Below are positions 17,506 to 29,844 of a DNA stretch of 64,000 nucleotides, piece by piece. The position numbers and the translations under genes were made by a program. Under the pieces are notes generated by a model. It was not told the DNA's origin. It did not search any database and saw nothing but the letters and a program-made list of their open reading frames with translations. The stretch comes from an uncultured Candidatus Saccharibacteria bacterium. Its GTDB lineage: Bacteria; Patescibacteriota; Minisyncoccia; Portnoybacterales; UBA2143. Every line of letters begins with the position of its first letter. Positions within the stretch are counted from its first letter, which is position 1. The stretch covers positions 2,550 to 66,549 of the forward strand of contig CAZQUN010000003.1 in NCBI GenBank assembly GCA_964596615.1, read 5' to 3'.

Positions 17506-18972
17506 CTATTCTACCGCTTTCAAAAGTTCTGTCAAGATTTCCCGGGCAATTTCCGGATTAGCCTGACCTTTGCTTTTAGCCATAACTTTTCCAACCAGAA
17601 ATTGAAGAGCGTTTTCTCTACCCGACTTATAATCCTCAACTGATTTTTGGTTTTCCTTAATAACTTCTTTGGCTATCTTCCCTATCGTATCTTTATCACT
17701 GACTTGTTTTAATTCCTTTGATTCAACAATATGGGATGGGTCAGCTCCGGTCTGACACATTTCTTTCAGAGTTGTCTGGGCAGCTGAACTTGAAATTTCT
17801 TTTTTCTCAATCATGGAAATGAATTCAGCAAAGTTCTCCGGACTAATATGGCAATCTTCAATTCTTGTTTTGCTCTCTGAAAGAAGCTTCTGAAGTTCGG
17901 TTAAAAGATAATTAGCCGTTAATTTAATTAATTTGTCCTTATCCTCAATTCCCTTTATCTTTAACCAGGTTTCTAATTCTGAAACAATTTGTTCGAAATA
18001 GTCTGAAAGGCCTTTATTTGAAATTAAAACTTGGATATCTTTTTGAGGTAATTTGTATTGATTTAAAAACCTTTCTCTCTTTTGGCTGGGCATTTCAGGA
18101 ATTTCTTTTGAGATTTTCCCGCTTATTGTATTCAAATCAGTCAAAGGAGGTAAATCCGGTTCGGGGAAATATCGGTAATCCTGGGATTCTTCCTTTATTC
18201 TCTGGGAAAATGTTCTTTGCTTGTTTTCATCCCAACCCCGGGTTTCCTGAATAATTTTGTCGTTGGAATCTAACAAATCGGTCTGTCTTTTAATTTCGTA
18301 ATCAATTGCTCTTTTAACCGAACGGAAAGAATTAAGATTTTTAATTTCAACCTTTGTTCCCAATTCCTTTTTTTCTGATTTAAGAGAGATATTGACTTCG
18401 CATCGCATCTGACCTTTTTCCATATTAGCTTCAGAAACATCCAGATAGCGGAGAATCAACTGTAATTCTTCACAAAATTGCTTAGCTTCATCCCCAGTTT
18501 CAATATCCGGTTCGGTGACTAATTCCATTAAAGGCACTCCGGCCCGGTTAAAATCAACTAATGAATATTCTGTTTTTTCAGGATGAATTAGTTTACCAGT
18601 ATCTTCCTCCAAATGAACCCGGGTGATTCTAATCTTCTTGCCATTTATTTCCAGAAATCCCTTATTAGACAAAGGCAAATCATATTGGGAAATCTGGTAG
18701 CCCTTGGGCAGGTCGGGGTAGAAGTAGTTTTTGCGGTCAAACTTGGCTGAATCAGGAATTGAACAATTCAAAGCCAGAGCAGTTTTAATCACCGATTCAA
18801 TTGCTTTCTTATTAATTACAGGCAAACTTCCCGGTTGAGCAGTACAAATCGGGCAAATATGGACATTGGCCTGATTAACATCCGGATCATTAAGACAATC
18901 GCAGAACATTTTGCTCTCTGTTTTTAATTCAGCGTGGATTTCCAGTCCAATAACTGGCTGATATTTAGACAT
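17506..18972 (-). CDS. gatB: Asp-tRNA(Asn)/Glu-tRNA(Gln) amidotransferase subunit B
   Basis: MSKYQPVIGLEIHAELKTESKMFCDC N-terminus; full GatB/GatE catalytic plus YqeY tail. Confidence 0.9.
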   Translation of the reverse strand: MSKYQPVIGLEIHAELKTESKMFCDCLNDPDVNQANVHICPICTAQPGSLPVINKKAIESVIKTALALNCSIPDSAKFDRKNYFYPDLPKGYQISQYDLPLSNKGFLEINGKKIRITRVHLEEDTGKLIHPEKTEYSLVDFNRAGVPLMELVTEPDIETGDEAKQFCEELQLILRYLDVSEANMEKGQMRCEVNISLKSEKKELGTKVEIKNLNSFRSVKRAIDYEIKRQTDLLDSNDKIIQETRGWDENKQRTFSQRIKEESQDYRYFPEPDLPPLTDLNTISGKISKEIPEMPSQKRERFLNQYKLPQKDIQVLISNKGLSDYFEQIVSELETWLKIKGIEDKDKLIKLTANYLLTELQKLLSESKTRIEDCHISPENFAEFISMIEKKEISSSAAQTTLKEMCQTGADPSHIVESKELKQVSDKDTIGKIAKEVIKENQKSVEDYKSGRENALQFLVGKVMAKSKGQANPEIAREILTELLKAVE

Positions 18973-19041
18973 ATATTCAACTTAATCTTATCTGATTTTT
19001 TGGGAAAAATAAAGGGTCTATTTGAGTAATTATCACCAATG

Positions 19042-19069
19042 TTGACATAAGGCACTAAATGATTATTAT
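19042..19069 (+). promoter_or_regulatory. Sigma70-like promoter (TTGACA-16-TATTAT) upstream of the thyA-like operon
   Basis: TTGACAtaaggcactaaatgatTATTAT. The same TTGACATAAGG core occurs in repeat module copy 3. Confidence 0.4.
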
Positions 19070-19120
19070 TTAGATAAATAATAAGCTGTTCATTAACTCT
19101 TTATAACGGAGGTATACCCT

Positions 19121-20038
19121 ATGATTCGATACAAAGAATTTTCAGAAAGGAGACCTGATACACAGTATCGAGATCTTCTGAGGCACATTAGAAGCAAAGG
19201 AGTAAGAGTCTACAGCCAGCAAGAAGAAGACGCCTTGATGGTTCTTGGTTATCAAATGCGTTTTGACCTTGAAAATGGATTCCCCATTATTACCGAACGT
19301 GATCTTGTCAGCTCGGAAAAAGAAAGGCCTTCTCAGTTTCAATTGGCTCTCGGAGAAGTCTGTGCTTTTTTAAATGGAGCCAGAACGCTGGAAGAAATGA
19401 AAAAGTTCGGCTGTGGGTGGTGGTCACGCTGGGTGACCGAAAAAAAATGCGCTAAACGAGGACTCAAGCCAGGTGATCTTGGTCCAGGATCTTATGGTCC
19501 AGCTTGGCGAAGTTTTCCTACCAGCGAAGGAAAGCCATTTGATCAGATTACACATCTGATTGAACAGATTAATGAAATTCCTCATCTTCGGACTCATATT
19601 GTCAATCCTTGGATCCCTCAGTACCTCGGTCGTGGCAAGGGAAAGCAACAAAAAGTGGTTGTTGTTCCCTGTCATGGTTGGTTCCATGTCTCCGTAAACA
19701 CCCATACTGAAGAACTTTCGCTCCATCATTTCCAACGGAGTGCTGACGTACCAGTTGGCCTTGTTTTTAATTTCATTCAGTATGCGGCACTGACAATGAT
19801 GATAGCCCAAATTACCAGCTACAAACCAAAAGAGCTTGTCTATACAACTTCTGACACTCACATCTTCTTGAGTCAGATGAAAGATGTAAACGAAGTCCTC
19901 CAAACTGAACCACAGCCATTCCCGACCGTAACAGTGAATCCAGACATCAAAGATATCTTTGCCTTCAGACCGAAAGATTTTGAGGTAACTGACTACTACC
20001 CTCAACTTCCAAGGAGGACAATATGGACACCTGTGTAA
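19121..20038 (+). CDS. thyA: Thymidylate synthase (ThyA) family protein, divergent
   Basis: Aligns by eye to ThyA: YQMRFDL, GWWSRW, LGPGSYGPAWR, DQITHLIEQI, PCHGWFHV (catalytic Cys), FQRSADVPVGLVFNF (Arg-Ser-x-Asp, Asn as in dUMP-specific enzymes), SDTHIF. The N-terminal DRTGTGT-type and SRR regions are changed. GC is higher than the neighbouring genes. Confidence 0.75.
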   Translation: MIRYKEFSERRPDTQYRDLLRHIRSKGVRVYSQQEEDALMVLGYQMRFDLENGFPIITERDLVSSEKERPSQFQLALGEVCAFLNGARTLEEMKKFGCGWWSRWVTEKKCAKRGLKPGDLGPGSYGPAWRSFPTSEGKPFDQITHLIEQINEIPHLRTHIVNPWIPQYLGRGKGKQQKVVVVPCHGWFHVSVNTHTEELSLHHFQRSADVPVGLVFNFIQYAALTMMIAQITSYKPKELVYTTSDTHIFLSQMKDVNEVLQTEPQPFPTVTVNPDIKDIFAFRPKDFEVTDYYPQLPRRTIWTPV

Positions 20039-20481
20039 AGAGCTTCGTTAACATCAAGAATGCCAGAGTTAAAGAACAACGCCAAGTAATGGAGATGATC
20101 GAAAAAGGAAGGTATTGTCCTTTCTGTCCCGAACATTACTCCGAAGCCAAGCTCAGGCCAGTTATCAGACAGGGTAAATATTGGCATATCAGAGAGAATC
20201 GATGGCCATACAAAAATACTCGACTCCATCTTATTCTAATCCATAATTCTCACGTAGAAAGACTTTCCGAAATTACCCCGGAAGCCGCCAAAGAACTCTT
20301 TAGTCTTCTTGAGTGGATTGAAGATGAATATCAGATATTAAGCGGAGCTATTGGTTTGCGGTTTGGCGACATCCACAAAAATGGCGCGACAGTTCTTCAT
20401 ATCCACACACATATCGTTGTAGCAGATTTGATTGATCGCGATAATCCAAATTATTTACCCGTTCGATTCAGAATGGGATAA
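20023..20481 (+). CDS. HIT-superfamily protein, GalT-branch-like (CPFC zinc motif plus HIHTHIV histidine triad)
   Basis: 152 aa; CPFCPEH and LHIHTHIVV. Overlaps the thyA-like stop by 16 nt (translational coupling), or starts at the internal MEM. Confidence 0.65.
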   Translation: MDTCVKSFVNIKNARVKEQRQVMEMIEKGRYCPFCPEHYSEAKLRPVIRQGKYWHIRENRWPYKNTRLHLILIHNSHVERLSEITPEAAKELFSLLEWIEDEYQILSGAIGLRFGDIHKNGATVLHIHTHIVVADLIDRDNPNYLPVRFRMG

Positions 20482-20487
20482 ACAAAC

Positions 20488-20541
20488 GAAAAGGCCCCAC
20501 CTTTAATCAATTAAAGATTAAAGAGTGGGGCTATTTATTTT
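20488..20541. terminator. Bidirectional hairpin between convergent HIT gene and dCMP deaminase gene
   Basis: GGCCCCAC ...24-nt AT loop... GTGGGGC with flanking A/T runs. Confidence 0.4.
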
Positions 20542-21371
20542 ACCAAAATAATTTCTATCTTCTTATCCCGGAGAATTCTTTCTCCATCAAGCATTGCGTA
20601 TCCCGAATTAAAATAACATCTTTTAATTCCGGAGTAAGCGATAAGCTTGGCGCAAGGAGGACAAGGGAAAGTTGTAATGAAAAGATCCGTTCCCCCAAGC
20701 GCTATTCCTCTTCTAGCCGCTTCGCTAATAAGATGAGCTTCCGCATGTTGGTCAGTAGTCAATTCAATATGTATTCCACGACTAAAGAAAGAACGAGCAT
20801 CGCCTTCGAAATAGGGTGTATGAGAAGAGGGTACCTGACGATTGTATCCAACCAAAATAACTTGGCCGTCCCGGACAATAAGAGCACCGGTTTGACGCCA
20901 CTGATTCGTTGCCCTAATACTTTCTTTGATGGCCTGGTCCATCATCTCTTTTTCCATACCGTCGGTTGAAATAATGCGGTCATAGTTTACTTTACTAACG
21001 GCAAGCGATTTTGTCTTATCCCACCGAAGAAAAATACTATTATCAAATTCCACAGAACAACCCTTTAAATATTCCCTTGCTACAGCGTGACACTCATCCT
21101 CGTCTGGCATAATGATTGTAAGACCAGTTGACCGAATATTTTCAAGGTTTTCAATGTTTGCGATACGGATAGAATCAAAGCCACCCCAACCTTTAATAGC
21201 TTGTTTAGCTTGTCCGGGCGACAAAGCACGGATATCCTTTATCAAAGGGCGAAATGAATTTATCAGTTCCTGGCCAAAAAGATAGATTATTTTTACTTCT
21301 GGATACTTCTTAAAAAACTTCCAATAGCCTTGATGAAGTACGGGGATATAGGCTAAAATAATTTTTTTCAT
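20535..21371 (-). CDS. dCMP deaminase (CMP/dCMP deaminase zinc-binding domain) fused to an uncharacterised ~130-aa N-terminal domain
   Basis: C-terminal HAEAHLI...FPCPPCAKLI deaminase motifs (H-A-E and PCxxC). The N-terminal half has no recognisable motif. Confidence 0.8.
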   Translation of the reverse strand: MKKIILAYIPVLHQGYWKFFKKYPEVKIIYLFGQELINSFRPLIKDIRALSPGQAKQAIKGWGGFDSIRIANIENLENIRSTGLTIIMPDEDECHAVAREYLKGCSVEFDNSIFLRWDKTKSLAVSKVNYDRIISTDGMEKEMMDQAIKESIRATNQWRQTGALIVRDGQVILVGYNRQVPSSHTPYFEGDARSFFSRGIHIELTTDQHAEAHLISEAARRGIALGGTDLFITTFPCPPCAKLIAYSGIKRCYFNSGYAMLDGERILRDKKIEIILVK

Positions 21372-21976
21372 GAGCTACCTCCCGTTACATCATCCAGGTA
21401 TTTACAAACCTCTTCAACTGTTTCTCTTAGACGATTTTTTATCTCATCTGACGGCTTAACCAGGATAAGTCTAACTTTCGCCGTTGTCGAGGTAGTTGCC
21501 TGTGATTCAAGAAGTTCAATCGTCCCGCAATATTGTTTAAGACCGACCAAATCTTTTTCTTTGTACATTCTTCTGGTAACAATTAGAACATCGGGACGAA
21601 CGGTTTTAATAAGTTGCCACTTTGTATCTTTGGCCTTTTTTAAAAAAACCAGGTCCACATGACGACAATGGCAGACAATTTCCATTCTTTCGTCTTGGTC
21701 GACAATCGGCCGATTGGGCCCCTTTTTTTGTCTTACTTTTTCATCGCTGTCAACACCAACAACTAGCACATCACCTTGATCTTTGGCTTTTTCAAGATAG
21801 CGACTATGACCGATATGAAATAGGTCAAAAGTTCCCGAAGTCAAAACTATCTTTAAGCCCAATTTTTTACAAGAATCAATCCTTTCCATTAATTGCTCAT
21901 AACTTTGGGCAATTCTTTCTTCGATGTTTGAACCGGGCCCAAAAATATCATGTGTCTTATCACCCATAATATTCAC
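21368..21976 (-). CDS. Cytidylyltransferase-like nucleotidyltransferase (HldE domain II / TagD-like, HxGH motif)
   Basis: KIVLTSGTFDLFHIGHSRYLEKAKDQGDVLVVGVDSD closely matches the RfaE/HldE adenylyltransferase domain. 4-nt overlap with the upstream deaminase gene. Confidence 0.7.
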   Translation of the reverse strand: MNIMGDKTHDIFGPGSNIEERIAQSYEQLMERIDSCKKLGLKIVLTSGTFDLFHIGHSRYLEKAKDQGDVLVVGVDSDEKVRQKKGPNRPIVDQDERMEIVCHCRHVDLVFLKKAKDTKWQLIKTVRPDVLIVTRRMYKEKDLVGLKQYCGTIELLESQATTSTTAKVRLILVKPSDEIKNRLRETVEEVCKYLDDVTGGSS

Positions 21977-22178
21977 CTCCTATATTTTTGATTATAAACC
22001 CAAAAGGACAGATGTCTCTGCCCTCCTCATTTAACACTTGGTTCTTTCGGTATTTGACCAACCTTACAGCCCCTGCCAGAAACCCTTTTGACAAACCATT
22101 TCCAGGGATTCTTCCAAAATTTTATCTTCTTCTCTTTTTTCTTCACCTGACACCTCCATATATTTTTAAAGTCCTATC

Positions 22179-22601
22179 CTACTTAACCTCAATCCCCATT
22201 GACCTTGCTGTCCCTTCGACAATTTTCTGGGCCTGCTCTAAATTATAGGCATTAAGGTCAACCATTTTCTTCTGGGCAATTTCCTTGATTTGTTCTTTAG
22301 TCACTTTTCCAACATTGGTCTTATTCGGTTCGCCGGAACCTTTTTGCAATCCGGCCGCTTTTTTAAGTAAATCAGAAGCTGGCGGAGTTTTCAACTTAAA
22401 ATCAAAAGTTCGGTCCTCGTAAACCGTAATTTCAACAGGAATAATATCGCCCTGTTTATCCTTTGTCGCTTCATTAAAACGAGTACAGAAATCCTGGATA
22501 TTTAATCCATGCTGTCCTAAGGCTGGACCAACCGGCGGAGCCGGATTAGCCTGTCCGGCCTGAATCTGTAGTTTAATAATTGTCAGTACTTTTTTAGCCA
22601 T
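22179..22601 (-). CDS. rplK: 50S ribosomal protein L11
   Basis: [35 protein letters not shown]. Confidence 0.9.
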   Translation of the reverse strand: MAKKVLTIIKLQIQAGQANPAPPVGPALGQHGLNIQDFCTRFNEATKDKQGDIIPVEITVYEDRTFDFKLKTPPASDLLKKAAGLQKGSGEPNKTNVGKVTKEQIKEIAQKKMVDLNAYNLEQAQKIVEGTARSMGIEVK

Positions 22602-22602
22602 T

Positions 22603-23145
22603 TTAAATCTTTTTGACCTGTAAGAAATCTAATTCAACCGGAGTTTCCCTGCCAAACATTGAAACCAGGACTTTAACTTTTCCTCTTTTCTCGTCAATCT
22701 CAGAAATCTTCCCGTCAAAATCCTTAAAAGGCCCGTCAACAATTTTAACATTGTCACCGACAATAACATCGATTTTGAATTTAGGCTCTTCAACACCCAT
22801 TCTTTTCTGAAGAGATTTAATTTCATCCAGAGAAATCGGAGTTGGAACCGTTCCGGCACCGATAAAACCGGTTACTCTCGGGGTATTCCGAACAACATAC
22901 CAGGAATCATCTGTCACAACCATTTCAACTAAAACATAGCCCGGATAGACTTTTTCTTCAACAATCTGGCGTTTGCCGCTTTTAATCTTAATTTTCTTCT
23001 CGGTCGGGACTAAAACATTAAAAATCTTGTCCTCCATATTCATTGATTCAATCCGCTGCTTTAAATTTCTAGCAACGGCTTCTTCGTATCCGGAATAGGT
23101 ATGGAGAACATACCAGTTTTTCCCTTGTTCTACTTGCTTAGGCAT
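22603..23145 (-). CDS. nusG: Transcription termination/antitermination factor NusG
   Basis: NGN domain ([12 protein letters not shown]) and C-terminal KOW. Confidence 0.9.
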   Translation of the reverse strand: MPKQVEQGKNWYVLHTYSGYEEAVARNLKQRIESMNMEDKIFNVLVPTEKKIKIKSGKRQIVEEKVYPGYVLVEMVVTDDSWYVVRNTPRVTGFIGAGTVPTPISLDEIKSLQKRMGVEEPKFKIDVIVGDNVKIVDGPFKDFDGKISEIDEKRGKVKVLVSMFGRETPVELDFLQVKKI

Positions 23146-23148
23146 AAT

Positions 23149-23349
23149 CTATATGACAAAAGTATTTAGTAACCAACTGAATAGGAAATCCAAGCCGCCC
23201 AAAAAAGCGGCAACGGCCAGGCTTAAACCAATAACAATTAAGGTGTGCTTAATTGTTTCCTGGCGAGTTGGCCAAGTTACCCGTTTTAATTCCAAGCGGA
23301 CTTCTTTTAGAAACCCTATTCCCTTTTGTGGTAGTTGACTAATTTGCAT
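23149..23349 (-). CDS. secE: Preprotein translocase subunit SecE
   Basis: KEVRLELKRVTWPTRQET plus a single TM helix. Probably starts at the internal MQISQ. Confidence 0.8.
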   Translation of the reverse strand: MQISQLPQKGIGFLKEVRLELKRVTWPTRQETIKHTLIVIGLSLAVAAFLGGLDFLFSWLLNTFVI

Positions 23350-23420
23350 TTTCTTAAAAAAGCCCCTCCGGGCTTTATTCAATCCTATCCTAAGCCCGAA
23401 AGAGTGTCAAGTTAGTAAAG

Positions 23421-27279
<3,859 letters not shown>

Positions 27280-27282
27280 ATA

Positions 27283-28266
27283 TTAAAACTGCTTTAAGAA
27301 TCTTAAATCATTTGAATAGAATAACCGGATATCATTAACTTTGTATTTAATCATGGCTAATCTTTCCAAACCGGCGCCAAAGGCAAATCCCTGCCATTTT
27401 TTAGACGGATAACCAACTGATTTAAAAACATTAGGATGAACCATGCCAGCTCCCATTAATTCAAGCCATTTACCTCCTTTTGGTCGGGCATCAACTTCAA
27501 AGCCCGGTTCGACAAATGGGAAATAGCTTGGCCTTAATCTAATTTCTGTTTCCTTTCCAAAAAACCTGGTTAAAAACCCTTCAATTACTCCTTTGAAATT
27601 AGCCGCTGAAATATTTTCTCCGACCATTAATCCTTCAACTTGGTAAAACTGAGCTTCATGGGTGGCATCGGTGGCTTCATGCCGGAAACATCTTCCCGGA
27701 ACAATCATTCTTAAAGGCGGACTATTCTTTTCCATATGCCTGGCCTGCATTGGAGAAGTATGGGTTCTTAAAAGCAAATCAACACCCTTTAACCAATAAG
27801 TATCCCATAAATCTCTGGCCGGATGGTCTTTAGGAATATTCAAGGCGTCAAAATTGTAATATTCGGTTTCAACTTCCGGGCCGTAAATAACGGAAAAGCC
27901 CATTGATTGAAAAATTTCTTCAATCTCTCTTTGGACTAAAGTAATTGGATGAAGATGTCCCTGGGGCGGCAACTTGCCCGGTGCTGTGACATCAATCCAA
28001 CCCTTTTTGCCTTTGCCAAAATCAACTTTTTTAATTGAAAACTTTCCTCTTTTTTCTTTAAAAACTTCTTCTAAATCTTTTTTAATCTGATTGGCTAATT
28101 GGCCTTTTTCCTTTCTTTCTTTTTCATCCAAATCCTTCAAAGAACGCAAAATCTTGGTCAATTCCCCTTTTCGACCAAGATATTGGGTATAGAGAGAGTC
28201 AAGATTTTTTAAATCCTTGACTTCTTTGACTTCATCTAAAATTTTATCTCTTAATTCTTCTAGCAT
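27283..28266 (-). CDS. pheS: Phenylalanine--tRNA ligase alpha subunit
   Basis: Class II aaRS motifs (FRHEATDATHEAQFYQVEG, GAGLERLAM). Confidence 0.9.
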   Translation of the reverse strand: MLEELRDKILDEVKEVKDLKNLDSLYTQYLGRKGELTKILRSLKDLDEKERKEKGQLANQIKKDLEEVFKEKRGKFSIKKVDFGKGKKGWIDVTAPGKLPPQGHLHPITLVQREIEEIFQSMGFSVIYGPEVETEYYNFDALNIPKDHPARDLWDTYWLKGVDLLLRTHTSPMQARHMEKNSPPLRMIVPGRCFRHEATDATHEAQFYQVEGLMVGENISAANFKGVIEGFLTRFFGKETEIRLRPSYFPFVEPGFEVDARPKGGKWLELMGAGMVHPNVFKSVGYPSKKWQGFAFGAGLERLAMIKYKVNDIRLFYSNDLRFLKQF

Positions 28267-28274
28267 AAATTAAG

Positions 28275-28667
28275 TTATCTTTTCATCAGCCACCATTCGG
28301 CTAATCCCACTAAACCAACTAACAAAACCAAGTGCCACCAGGAAAGTATTCTTTGGCTTTGTAAAATTAGGACTGAAATTAAAATGACGCTGAAAAGCAA
28401 TCCCTGGCGAAATGAGATTTCCAAATCTCGGACAACCTGGCTTTTAGGCAAAGGGATTCTTCTTTTCTTCCTGGTAATTTGTCTGACTAAAAATCCGATT
28501 AAAGTGAATATACCGGTAAGGCTGATAAAGAGACAGGAATAGAGTAGGACAAAAACCAAGGTTCCGGAAGCATTGGGATTGAAGTAGATTAAAATAGCTG
28601 CTAAGCAGGCGCTAGCTAAAAAAATGACCAAAACCAACCCTGCTAGATATCCTGATATATTCATATC
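28275..28667 (-). CDS. Hypothetical small membrane protein (3-4 TM)
   Basis: Probably starts at the internal MNISGYLAGLVLVIFL; hydrophobic throughout. Confidence 0.45.
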   Translation of the reverse strand, partial: DMNISGYLAGLVLVIFLASACLAAILIYFNPNASGTLVFVLLYSCLFISLTGIFTLIGFLVRQITRKKRRIPLPKSQVVRDLEISFRQGLLFSVILISVLILQSQRILSWWHLVLLVGLVGLAEWWLMKR

Positions 28668-28753
28668 TATTACTTTAATTTTACTATATTTCAAAGACCA
28701 AGACAACCCCCAAAAGGACTTGAAATATCTTAAAATGTGGAGTATAATAACAT

Positions 28754-28824
28754 TGCGCGGTAGAGAAGTAGTATCTCGTGAGGCCCATAACCTCAAGACC
28801 CGGGTGCAACTCCCGGCCGCGCAA
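28754..28824 (+). tRNA. tRNA-like element with CAU anticodon (non-canonical D- and T-loops; possible degenerate or initiator-like tRNA-Met)
   Basis: Folds as acceptor TGCGCGG/CCGCGCA (7 bp), U8, D-stem GAGA/TCTC, anticodon stem TGAGG/CCTCA with loop CCCATAA, T-stem CCGGG/CCCGG. Has A11:U24 but lacks G18G19. T-loop is TGCAACT. No CCA. Confidence 0.35.
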
Positions 28825-28831
28825 CTCGGAT

Positions 28832-29608
28832 ATGTTATTAAGAAGATGGACCAAAGAAGAAGAGAAAAAACTTAAACACCTCTACTTAAGAACAAAAACA
28901 CCCGTAGAGGAGATTTGTCGAATTATAGACAGATCGCCACCAGCAATTCAGAATAGATTAAAAATATTAGGATTCAAGAAACGTCGGTTTCCTATCATAG
29001 CCAGACATCCAGACAAAGTTACTCCTGCCTTAGCAAGGATTCATGCTCATATATGTGGAGATGGCTGTATGTATACCCTTAGAGAGAAAGACTCTTATGG
29101 CCCATGGGCTAAATATCGAAAAAGGGCCTATAGAACTAAGTATAATACATGTTATACTAATACCAACCCAAAGCTCCTTAAAGAATTCCGGCAAGACATA
29201 CAGGAAGTTTTTGGGATTAAAGGCAAAAAACTAAGAGATTTTGATATAAGGTTAAATTCTAAAAGAATTTGGCGATTACTTAAAGAGATGGGCGCAGGAA
29301 ATTCTCATGAATGGTCTATCCCGAAATCTATCACCCAAGGATCGTCTAATGTGAAAAAGAGTTGGATTAGGGCGTTTTTTGATGACGAGGCGTATTTCAA
29401 TGACCGAGGCAGAATCAGAGTAAAGTGCGTGAATAAAAAAGGGCTCCAGCAAATTACTAAGATATTAAATGAGTTTATTCCATGTAATCTTTTGCCGAAA
29501 AAAGGTTCGTATTGGGGAAATACTTTTTGTATAAGTATAAATAAAAAGGATGCTCCTAAATATTTCTCTAAAATAGGTTCACTTCGTTATAGTATAATGA
29601 AAAAATAA
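28832..29608 (+). CDS. Free-standing LAGLIDADG homing endonuclease (double-motif, with N-terminal HTH)
   Basis: Two LAGLIDADG-type motifs about 108 aa apart (ARIHAHICGDGCMY and IRAFFDDEAYF). N-terminal HTH-like WTKEEEKKLKHLYLRTKTPVEEICRII. The listed ORF start (28778) overlaps the tRNA-like element; MLLRRW (28832) is more likely. Confidence 0.7.
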   Translation: MLLRRWTKEEEKKLKHLYLRTKTPVEEICRIIDRSPPAIQNRLKILGFKKRRFPIIARHPDKVTPALARIHAHICGDGCMYTLREKDSYGPWAKYRKRAYRTKYNTCYTNTNPKLLKEFRQDIQEVFGIKGKKLRDFDIRLNSKRIWRLLKEMGAGNSHEWSIPKSITQGSSNVKKSWIRAFFDDEAYFNDRGRIRVKCVNKKGLQQITKILNEFIPCNLLPKKGSYWGNTFCISINKKDAPKYFSKIGSLRYSIMKK

Positions 29609-29612
29609 TCAT

Positions 29613-29686
29613 GGCGGCGTAGCTCAACTGGTTAGAGCGGGAGACTCATAAGCTCCAGGTTACAGGTTCAAGTCCTGTCGCCGCTA
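29613..29686 (+). tRNA. tRNA-Met or tRNA-Ile2 (anticodon CAU)
   Basis: Cloverleaf GGCGGCG-TA-GCTC-AACTGGTTA-GAGC... with anticodon loop CTCATAA and T-arm ACAGG-TTCAAGT-CCTGT. Resembles both E. coli elongator Met and ileX. No CCA. Confidence 0.85.
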
Positions 29687-29701
29687 CTAAAATTAAATAA
29701 T

Positions 29702-29775
29702 GGGGGCGTAGCTTAGTGGTTTAAAGCGTCTGCCTGTCACGCAGAAGATCGAGGGTTCGAATCCCTTCGTCCCCG
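29702..29775 (+). tRNA. tRNA-Asp (anticodon GUC)
   Basis: GGGGGCG acceptor, anticodon stem TCTGC/GCAGA with loop CTGTCAC, T-arm GAGGG-TTCGAAT-CCCTT, discriminator G. Confidence 0.9.
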
Positions 29776-29787
29776 CAGTTAGAAAAT

Positions 29788-29808
29788 AGCCCGTTTGGGC
29801 TGTTTTTT
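29788..29808 (+). terminator. Rho-independent terminator after the tRNA pair
   Basis: AGCCC gttt GGGCT followed by GTTTTTT. Confidence 0.6.
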
Positions 29809-29844
29809 ATTGTCTTTATTATTCTATGACTATACAATTGAATT

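Noticed and set aside
19424-20005. 193-aa minus-strand ORF
   Set aside because: Lies entirely antisense within the well-supported ThyA-family gene. It has no SD or motifs and is a by-product of the GC-richer sequence.
21988-22248. 86-aa plus-strand ORF in the rplK downstream spacer
   Set aside because: No SD and a low-complexity Leu/Phe-rich translation. The region is better explained as the promoter/terminator spacer.
28778-28831. N-terminal 18 codons of the listed homing-endonuclease ORF
   Set aside because: This extension overlaps the tRNA-like cloverleaf. The internal Met at 28832 gives a start directly after it and is preferred.
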